Virus record (IMG/VR): IMGVR_UViG_3300020178_000002
Span: 124,001 to 188,000 of that record
DNA length: 64,000 nt
Reading direction: 5' to 3' (one strand)
Shown: positions 57,629-64,000 of the stretch, piece after piece
Layout of the letters: each line of letters begins with the position of its first letter
How positions within the stretch are numbered: position 1 is the first letter of the stretch
Notes under the pieces: model-generated
Seen by the model: only the letters and a program-made list of their open reading frames with translations
Database searches by the model: none
What the model was told of the DNA's origin: nothing
Program-made: the position numbers and the translations under genes

Positions 57629-58231
57629 ATGAAGCTGTTCAATACAAAAAGAAGCCTAGCAATACATCCAGGTAGTCTTAGACTAAACCACACCAAGTTC
57701 TTAAACGATTGGTCTAGAAGTAAAGCAGGACCTAAAGATTTTGTTATCTTCTTTAAAGGTGGAAAGTACCTTAAAGTCTCTTTCAACCAGAACTCTCCTC
57801 ACTATAAGAGATCTGTACCGAAGTTTGACAGAAATAAGGTGTTTGGTCTTGCTACTAAAATTCCAAGAGATGGGAAATGGCAATTTGTAGCTTATGTTTA
57901 TGACAATGAACATAATCTGAGACAACTAACTGTCACAGGAGAAACCACTGCCAGAAAAGCTCTCAAAAAAGGTATTCTTGAAATGAGAGAGTATTATGTT
58001 CGCATAAACGGACTCCTTTTAAGAAGTCCAGAAAAAAAACTAGAAGATGCCCTCAAGTCACATGATTGGTGGCACATGATGAGCGATGACCATAGAGTAT
58101 GGAGAGCTGGTGAGAGTAGTATGGAGAAAATCAAGAGCCTGTTAGATAAAGTGGACGATGCCACAGGTAAAGAACTTTGGTTAAAGTATGCACCAGATCA
58201 GTTTAAAGGTTATTATAGTAACAACTCTTAA
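57629..58231 (+). CDS. Hypothetical protein with C-terminal HDW...SDD motif
   Basis: LKSHDWWHMMSDDHRVWRAG; AAGGAG SD; TA-N5-TTTAT upstream. Confidence 0.7.
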   Translation: MKLFNTKRSLAIHPGSLRLNHTKFLNDWSRSKAGPKDFVIFFKGGKYLKVSFNQNSPHYKRSVPKFDRNKVFGLATKIPRDGKWQFVAYVYDNEHNLRQLTVTGETTARKALKKGILEMREYYVRINGLLLRSPEKKLEDALKSHDWWHMMSDDHRVWRAGESSMEKIKSLLDKVDDATGKELWLKYAPDQFKGYYSNNS

Positions 58232-58249
58232 CTTTAAGGAGATGACTCA

Positions 58250-58786
58250 ATGAGGATCTTTCTGTTTTTACTATTCTTGACCCTTCCCTTATCTGCTCAT
58301 GCAGAAGAAGAACCTATACATAGACCTTGGGAAGCTAGTCTTGGTAATACCCAAATGTTTATTGGCTGGTATAAAAAGGGTTCTTACCCTGTACCAACTT
58401 CTTCTGCCACTTTAATTCTTTCAAGAGAAGTGGTTTTTGACTTCTCATTGTGGGCTGTATTCAATCTCCCTCTTAATTCTAACAGAAGAGTTACAGAAGA
58501 GGGTTTACTTGTAGAGAGCCAAACACCACCTACTTTTATGTTAGGTCTTAGTTATGAGTTTATCAGGTATGGAATGAGTGAGGGTAGGAGTCTAGGTCTT
58601 GATGCAGGATTTTCTGTAGGTAGACCTCTAACTCTTGAGGGTCAACTCTTTCCTGTAGGTGCGTTTAGATTAAAACTCCTTACAAAACAAGATAGCTCTA
58701 TGTATGCTGGAATAACAACCTCACCTTATAACCCAGAGGGTGATTTGGTTTGGGGCTTGATCTCTGGCATGGGATATAAGTTTTAA
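58250..58786 (+). CDS. Secreted, probable outer-membrane beta-barrel protein
   Basis: Signal peptide ending AHA; alternating amphipathic strands; C-terminal GMGYKF. Confidence 0.6.
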   Translation: MRIFLFLLFLTLPLSAHAEEEPIHRPWEASLGNTQMFIGWYKKGSYPVPTSSATLILSREVVFDFSLWAVFNLPLNSNRRVTEEGLLVESQTPPTFMLGLSYEFIRYGMSEGRSLGLDAGFSVGRPLTLEGQLFPVGAFRLKLLTKQDSSMYAGITTSPYNPEGDLVWGLISGMGYKF

Positions 58787-58852
58787 AAAAAAGTACCCCC
58801 CTTTAATTAATCAGATAACAATAAGTATCTATTTTATTAAAGGAGAAAAATT

Positions 58853-59113
58853 ATGAATGAGAAGATTGTATTAAGTATTTTGTTTGTTCTAGGTATTGCA
58901 GCACTTGTCTATGGTCTTAATAGAGAGAGCCTTGAAAGTGCTGTAGGTGAGGACAAGACATACAGCATTAGCTGTGAAACCCCAAAGGGTTGGGTAGAGT
59001 ACAAGACCCACAGAAAACCTTTTGAAGCAAGTTGGAGGCGAGGTGGGGTTTGGTATTTTGAAACCCTAGAGGGTAAGAACATTACCTCTACCAAGTGTCA
59101 CAGCGAAGAATAA
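58853..59113 (+). CDS. Small membrane-anchored protein
   Basis: N-terminal TM; two Cys; AAGGAG SD; variant CCCCCC-N9-TCAGATAA upstream (58796-58818). Confidence 0.7.
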   Translation: MNEKIVLSILFVLGIAALVYGLNRESLESAVGEDKTYSISCETPKGWVEYKTHRKPFEASWRRGGVWYFETLEGKNITSTKCHSEE

Positions 59114-59198
59114 TAAGTTATCTCTCTAAAATAAGAAACCCCATAGGTTTTTTTGATAATAGGCTTATTAGCAGTCATTAATCAAAGGAGTGTAAAAG

Positions 59199-59765
59199 AT
59201 GAAGAAATCTGCAAATGAAATTATTCAAAATCTTGAAACCAGAGTAGCCCAGCTTGAAAAGAAGTCTGCTCGAAAGTTCTCCCTATCCGCAGACTACCAT
59301 TATGTGTTTAAGCGTAGTTATTATGCTAAGTCTGTAGAGCGAGTAGACCATTCTAAGGTTCTCTTTGAGGGCCCTAAAAAGAAGTTTATTCCTCAAGGTT
59401 GGTCATATGGAGTTGATGAGATCAATTCTTTTGTTGAGAGAGATTTGATTCAGGAGATTGGTAAGATCCAAAAAGAGATCGAGGAAGTTTTTTATGCAAG
59501 TGGAGTTGACCCAACAGAGTTAAGGGAAGATTTCGAGGACTCTGGCAACAAGTTTGAGTGGGTGTTGGTTGCTCAAGGTCGTGCGTATGAGGGAGAGGTT
59601 TTGAAACTCGCCTATGTACGCATTAAAGATAAGACCTACAACTTCTATGTAGCACCCTCAATCGAAATTAAGGTTCTCAACACAAAAGGCAGGGCTGTTA
59701 AGGCAAACTACATCCTTAATACCCTAGCATCCGAGCTAGGTATGAGAACTGTCCGTATCGGTTAA
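59199..59765 (+). CDS. Leader-tagged hypothetical protein
   Basis: MKKSANEIIQNLETRVAQLEKKSA; AAGGAG SD. Confidence 0.8.
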   Translation: MKKSANEIIQNLETRVAQLEKKSARKFSLSADYHYVFKRSYYAKSVERVDHSKVLFEGPKKKFIPQGWSYGVDEINSFVERDLIQEIGKIQKEIEEVFYASGVDPTELREDFEDSGNKFEWVLVAQGRAYEGEVLKLAYVRIKDKTYNFYVAPSIEIKVLNTKGRAVKANYILNTLASELGMRTVRIG

Positions 59766-59808
59766 GAACGTCTAGTAGGTTTGGACTATGAAAGTGGTCA
59801 GCTAAATT

Positions 59809-59847
59809 AAGCCCTGCTACCCTTATTGGGTGGTGGGGGTTTTTTTT
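59809..59847 (+). terminator. Intrinsic terminator (direct-repeat copy 1)
   Basis: AAGCCCTGCTACCC-TTATT-GGGTGGTGGGGGTTT plus T run. Confidence 0.85.
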
Positions 59848-59902
59848 GTTTGTTTATAGTCCTAGGTGTCGTGTACCCTCACCAATACCATAAGGATTAG
59901 CT

Positions 59903-60802
59903 ATGAGAAGAATAGCATCAGAAATACTCAGAGAATTAGAGATAAGAGTAGCCCATTTAGAGGGTATGAGCCAAGATGACATGAGAAAGTCTATTGAGGT
60001 TGTGATAGAAAAAACTCCATCAAAGGTAAGAATAGATTATGTTGAGTTCCCTAAAACCCAAGAAGAGTTTTTAGAGATAGAAGCAAAGAACTTACCTGTT
60101 GTTTTTTATAATTGCCCTCTTGGAACAGAGATGGCAAGCCGATTAGATTTATTTAAGTCAGGCTTTAATCCTGTTGTGCAAGCAAGGCTTGCAGACAGAA
60201 AAAGCAAAGATATTGGTGAGGAAGTAGATATTAATCTCAAAGACCTTTTAAGGTCAAATTTTAACAATGGTACTCGATATGTAGGAAAACAACGTCTTAT
60301 GAAAGTAGGTTTGAAAAAACTGTTGGGTGTCAATCTTTATGAGAGAGGTCAGATTCTAGATGGGATGGAGGTGAGTTCTGCAAATATGTGGTGTGGGCCT
60401 AAAGGTTGTATTACACCATTACACCTCGACACAATTAACAACTTAGCATGGAACATATACGGACAAAAAACATGGTTTTTAGTGAGCCCAGAAGATATGT
60501 ACCACAATGCTTACTTAGAGCCATTCAAAGAGCCTTATGAAGAAGACTACAAAGGTGATTGGGATAGGAATGATAATAAAAGATCCCCTACTTTTTCAAA
60601 GATGACAGGGAATCCTTTAAAAAGCTTCGATAAGTTCCCGAAAGCTAGGGATATAAAATACCACAAGGTTGTTTTTCGGGAAAATGAGATACTGTATCTT
60701 CCTGCCTATTGGGGGCATTATGTTAAGACCGACTCTGACTCTTTGATGATTAACCACTGGTATGATGAAGTGCCAATTATTCTTAGATCTGAAAGAAAAT
60801 AA
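59903..60802 (+). CDS. Leader-tagged JmjC/cupin Fe(II)-2-oxoglutarate oxygenase
   Basis: NMWCG...TPLHLD (HxD), GQKTW, ILYLPAYWGHYV (distal H), INHW; leader MRRIASEILRELEIRVAHLEG. Confidence 0.88.
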   Translation: MRRIASEILRELEIRVAHLEGMSQDDMRKSIEVVIEKTPSKVRIDYVEFPKTQEEFLEIEAKNLPVVFYNCPLGTEMASRLDLFKSGFNPVVQARLADRKSKDIGEEVDINLKDLLRSNFNNGTRYVGKQRLMKVGLKKLLGVNLYERGQILDGMEVSSANMWCGPKGCITPLHLDTINNLAWNIYGQKTWFLVSPEDMYHNAYLEPFKEPYEEDYKGDWDRNDNKRSPTFSKMTGNPLKSFDKFPKARDIKYHKVVFRENEILYLPAYWGHYVKTDSDSLMINHWYDEVPIILRSERK

Positions 60803-60810
60803 ATTAGAAG

Positions 60811-60850
60811 AAGCCCTGCTACCCTTATTGGGTGGTAGGGGTTTTTTTTT
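60811..60850 (+). terminator. Intrinsic terminator (direct-repeat copy 2)
   Basis: AAGCCCTGCTACCC-TTATT-GGGTGGTAGGGGTTT plus T run; one mismatch to copy 1. Confidence 0.85.
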
Positions 60851-60899
60851 GTTTATTAACTTGTGTTATAAGTAAAGAGAATAACACAAGGGGATAATC

Positions 60900-62267
60900 A
60901 TGGAAGCTCCAGAAATAGACAAAAGAACTTTAAACTTCAAAGACAGGTCTTTGTCAGAGTTTCAAAAGTTAATCAAGTCTCTAAAAAAGTACTCTGATCA
61001 GATTAAATCAGAAATAGATGAGGACACCAAGAGACTTAGAGAACTGAAGATTCTTTTAGAGAGCCTTCCTCAAGTTAGAAACTATATTAGAAAGTTTGTA
61101 GGTCCTCTTAGAGAAGATACGTTTAAGTCAAAGAGGAATAAGACCCTGAAGCTATTAGCTGAGAACCTGTTAGGTCTGAAAACTTTAGAAGAGGTCTTGG
61201 CTGAAAAGGAAAAGATTGCTCTCAAGTCTAGGAGAGACATTCAACTTTATAAAGGTCAGAAAGAATACTTGAAGATCATACCTAAAGAGATAAGGGTATT
61301 CTTGCCAGATACTATCACAATAGATGTAGATTCAGAGGGTAGGGTAAAGAGAATAGGTGAGTTGTTTGCGAACAAGACTTATACGCTCACAGAAAAGCTC
61401 TCTAATCAACGAAAACTCTTAGAGAGGTATAGTGACATAAGTTCCTCACTAAAAAGCGGTCTAAGCTCAAATAAAGAGCAGGAGAGGATTTCATCACTTA
61501 TTAGCTTAATAATATTAGAGACAGGTATTCGACCAGGTAGAAAAGGAAACAGAATCTTAAAAGATGAAGATGAGATTCAGACATTTGGTGCAACTACTCT
61601 AAGAAGAAGCCATGTTAAGTTTTTGAGTGATGGTACAGCCCAGCTTACTTTTAAAGGTAAGAAAGGTGCAACAAACAAAGCCATTGTTAGAGACTCTGAT
61701 GTGGTTTCAGAGTTAAAAAGAATCTCAAAGAGTTGTAAGGGGGAAGACTGTCTCTTTAAGTATGAAGATGGTTCAGATTACACTTACTCCCACCTCAAAG
61801 ATTTCTTTAACAAAAACTTTGAGGGTCTAAAGATCACAGACTTTAGAAAGTTAAGAGCAACAGAAGAAGTATTTAACTTACTCAAAGAAGAAAGAAACAA
61901 CTTACTTTCAAAAATAAAATCCTATTCTGACTTAGAAGCAGCAGAGGCAGAGAAGAAGACTGTAGCTGAAATCTGTAAGGTTTTAACTAAAGCCCATGAG
62001 CAGGCACAGATAGCCCTGTCACATGATTCTTCTAGGACTACAAAACAATCTTACATAAACCCAGAAGTCATTCTTCACTTCTTAAGCACGGCAAACTTGA
62101 AAGGGTCTTTAAAAGACACTATTCTAAAAGGAAAGACGAAACTACACTTTGATCCTCAAATGTTTTTAAGGCAGTCTCAAAGAGTAGCTTCGTCTTTTAA
62201 ATTTTCTGGTGAAGTATCAGGGTTCACCCTACATAACATGGTAGAATTGTTAGAACACATTATTTAA
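60900..62267 (+). CDS. DNA topoisomerase IB (poxvirus/bacterial type)
   Basis: Catalytic pentad visible in GIRPG, FKGKKG, DFRKLRAT, LSH and KQSYINP; FGATTL motif. Confidence 0.88.
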   Translation: MEAPEIDKRTLNFKDRSLSEFQKLIKSLKKYSDQIKSEIDEDTKRLRELKILLESLPQVRNYIRKFVGPLREDTFKSKRNKTLKLLAENLLGLKTLEEVLAEKEKIALKSRRDIQLYKGQKEYLKIIPKEIRVFLPDTITIDVDSEGRVKRIGELFANKTYTLTEKLSNQRKLLERYSDISSSLKSGLSSNKEQERISSLISLIILETGIRPGRKGNRILKDEDEIQTFGATTLRRSHVKFLSDGTAQLTFKGKKGATNKAIVRDSDVVSELKRISKSCKGEDCLFKYEDGSDYTYSHLKDFFNKNFEGLKITDFRKLRATEEVFNLLKEERNNLLSKIKSYSDLEAAEAEKKTVAEICKVLTKAHEQAQIALSHDSSRTTKQSYINPEVILHFLSTANLKGSLKDTILKGKTKLHFDPQMFLRQSQRVASSFKFSGEVSGFTLHNMVELLEHII

Positions 62268-62277
62268 GGGGTTTTTT

Positions 62278-62838
62278 ATGAGTAATGACTTTGGTGGGGG
62301 TAATGAAAGATCTCTCTATATTCCAATGAGTGAAATAGAGATGGAGTTTATCCATAGACTTGTAGAGGCAAAAGAAATCTATGTAGAGATACATGGCTGG
62401 GGTCACATCAACCAACCAACTATTACCTTTGGAGATAAGAATCTTCATGTTGGTTTTAAGATGTTCTTTGACAGACCAAACTTTCCAATGCCTGTTTACT
62501 TCTTTGATATGGAACTTAAGACTAGATCAAACATTACTCTTTTTAGGGAGAAGATGTCTGCCATGTATGGGGGAGAGCCTTTGAGTGTAATGGAGGGCTT
62601 AGAGCTTGATATGGTCTGGGATATATCTATCAAATACATAGACCCTAAACTAATAAAAGCCTTGATGCCAAACACTTTAGGTTTAACAACAAGGCTTCAA
62701 GATACTGCCACTCATGATATTACAGTGACAGGTAATATGTCTCTGAATCGAGACTTAAAAGAAAAGGCTTACCATTTAGATCAAATGGAAAAACTAATAA
62801 AGGCCGATAACATGCGAAAGATAAAGACTAACTCTTAA
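62278..62838 (+). CDS. Hypothetical protein
   Basis: 186-aa ORF co-oriented with topoisomerase IB. Confidence 0.7.
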   Translation: MSNDFGGGNERSLYIPMSEIEMEFIHRLVEAKEIYVEIHGWGHINQPTITFGDKNLHVGFKMFFDRPNFPMPVYFFDMELKTRSNITLFREKMSAMYGGEPLSVMEGLELDMVWDISIKYIDPKLIKALMPNTLGLTTRLQDTATHDITVTGNMSLNRDLKEKAYHLDQMEKLIKADNMRKIKTNS

Positions 62839-64000
62839 AGAGACTTGGATAGTACAGTACTAACTGTCTCCCATACTTTCTTAGGGTAGACCAAACATAC
62901 TTTTGAAGATCCACATCGTTTTCAAGTAGTCCACTAATACGAATATGTCTCATATTGTGAGAGTCTGGCTTATTGAAACCAACATTATCTTTCAAGGAAG
63001 CACCATCGCAACGCTCTAGCATTAGATTTAATGCGTCAAAAATATCTTGAGCTTGCTGAGAGTCTGGTGTAGGCAATAGCTTCGAATCGCCAAGAGATTT
63101 CTTAATAGATTTAACTTTCAATGAAGCTTGAGCTTTCATGAGCTTATCAGAAGCTCTTTTAATTGCTTTTTCTCGAGCTTTCATTCTAGCTTCTCTATCT
63201 AAAACACTCTCTTCTTTGATTTGAGAACTAAGGCCATTCTGGTTGCTATTTGGTGTATATTCAATAGAGCCTTCTGCATCAATTGCAGCGTGGATCATTT
63301 TAGCCTTACTATCTAAGATGTTGTATAAGTGAACATCAAGAGAGCAGTTGCTTACTAATCTGATATATTGAAGATTAGAAGCAGTCTGACCGATACGACA
63401 AATTCGATCTTCAGCTTGTAGATTAAGAGCAGGATTCCACTCTAGGTCTACAAAAATCATCTTACTTGCATTTGTAAGAGTAAGACCAACACCACCAGCT
63501 TTGATTGTTAAGGCAATGCCTTTTAGAAATCCATCTTGAAATTTATGAACAAGGTTATTTCTTTCTACAAGACTAGTATCAGATGTAATCACACCCCATC
63601 CATCTCTGACAGAAAGAGCTTCTACAGGTGCTTTATGTGCAGAGAAAACAACTAGAGGTTCATCAGCTTCTTCAAAACTCTCAACAAGATTTAACAAAGC
63701 TGGGATCTTATCTTTAGCAAGCTTTGCCCTTGCTTCTGAGAACTCTTGGAAGTCTGGCAAGCTATCTTGGACTCGAACATCTTTAATCTTCTCATATGCA
63801 ATCTCTAGCATCTGGAAAAGACTTTGATCTTTCACTTCTACAAGCATATCTTGATATTGCTTAGGTGGCAAGTCAGTTAAAACATCAGACTTGAGTCTGC
63901 GTTTCATAACTTTCTTTAACAATAAAGGAACTTCATTAGTAGGTGTTCCAAATTTCCAGCCATACATTCCTTTAGAAGCATTCATGCTAGAGGTGAAGTG
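62828..64000 (-). CDS. SNF2/HARP-like helicase, C-terminal part (5' end outside the window)
   Basis: RRLKSDVLTDLPPK, LVVFSAH, AGGVGLTLT, WNPALNLQAEDRICRIGQ; the frame stays open to position 64000. Confidence 0.9.
   Translation of the reverse strand, partial: HFTSSMNASKGMYGWKFGTPTNEVPLLLKKVMKRRLKSDVLTDLPPKQYQDMLVEVKDQSLFQMLEIAYEKIKDVRVQDSLPDFQEFSEARAKLAKDKIPALLNLVESFEEADEPLVVFSAHKAPVEALSVRDGWGVITSDTSLVERNNLVHKFQDGFLKGIALTIKAGGVGLTLTNASKMIFVDLEWNPALNLQAEDRICRIGQTASNLQYIRLVSNCSLDVHLYNILDSKAKMIHAAIDAEGSIEYTPNSNQNGLSSQIKEESVLDREARMKAREKAIKRASDKLMKAQASLKVKSIKKSLGDSKLLPTPDSQQAQDIFDALNLMLERCDGASLKDNVGFNKPDSHNMRHIRISGLLENDVDLQKYVWSTLRKYGRQLVLYYPSLFKS

Noticed and set aside
60900-62267. Tyrosine integrase indicating a prophage
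   Set aside because: FGATTL, FKGKKG and SYINP fit topoisomerase IB better; no host-like flank or att site seen.
1-64000. Alternative genetic code (stop-codon reassignment)
   Set aside because: Long genes are intact under the standard code, and TAA, TAG and TGA all end genes with tight packing.
1-64000. Eukaryotic giant virus or archaeal virus origin (actin-fold protein, topo IB, JmjC, TTTATA boxes)
   Set aside because: The contractile sheath, AAGGAG SD sites, hairpin-plus-U terminators, lipoboxes and a beta-barrel-like protein point to a bacteriophage.

Overview
This 64 kb window is AT-rich and uses the standard genetic code. It looks like part of a large contractile-tailed (myovirus-type, probably jumbo) bacteriophage. 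The host is probably a diderm bacterium, judged from AAGGAG Shine-Dalgarno sites, intrinsic terminators, lipoproteins and one beta-barrel-like protein. Layout: 0.2-9.8 kb, a 3007-aa probable tail/baseplate protein; 10-22 kb, an accessory/early region with a MoxR/CobS-type AAA+ ATPase, a split CobT-like/VWA partner and a tandem family of small YTExVNGKR...IRxxW proteins; 22-60 kb, a morphogenesis region (neck-like proteins, 1603-aa tail sheath, prohead protease, scaffold, decoration-like protein, HK97-fold major capsid protein). Interspersed are an actin-fold ATPase, ATP-dependent DNA ligase, YkuK-like RNase H, RuvC-like resolvase, JmjC oxygenase, topoisomerase IB and a SNF2 helicase cut by the window edge. 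Main candidate for a new system: about 13 otherwise largely unrelated proteins, including the JmjC enzyme, carry one short coiled-coil tag (I-x-x-L-E-x-R-[IV]-A-R-L-E-[KR]-x-[AS]), N-terminal in most. The tag usually ends in a [KR]-x-A-[SAG] motif, which also saturates the scaffold and protease and precedes short C-terminal tails. I infer a portable, protease-removable capsid-loading tag. Many of these genes follow a TA-N5-TTTAT promoter-like motif and a hairpin that hides the ribosome-binding site. All product calls come from motif recognition by eye; no database search was run.
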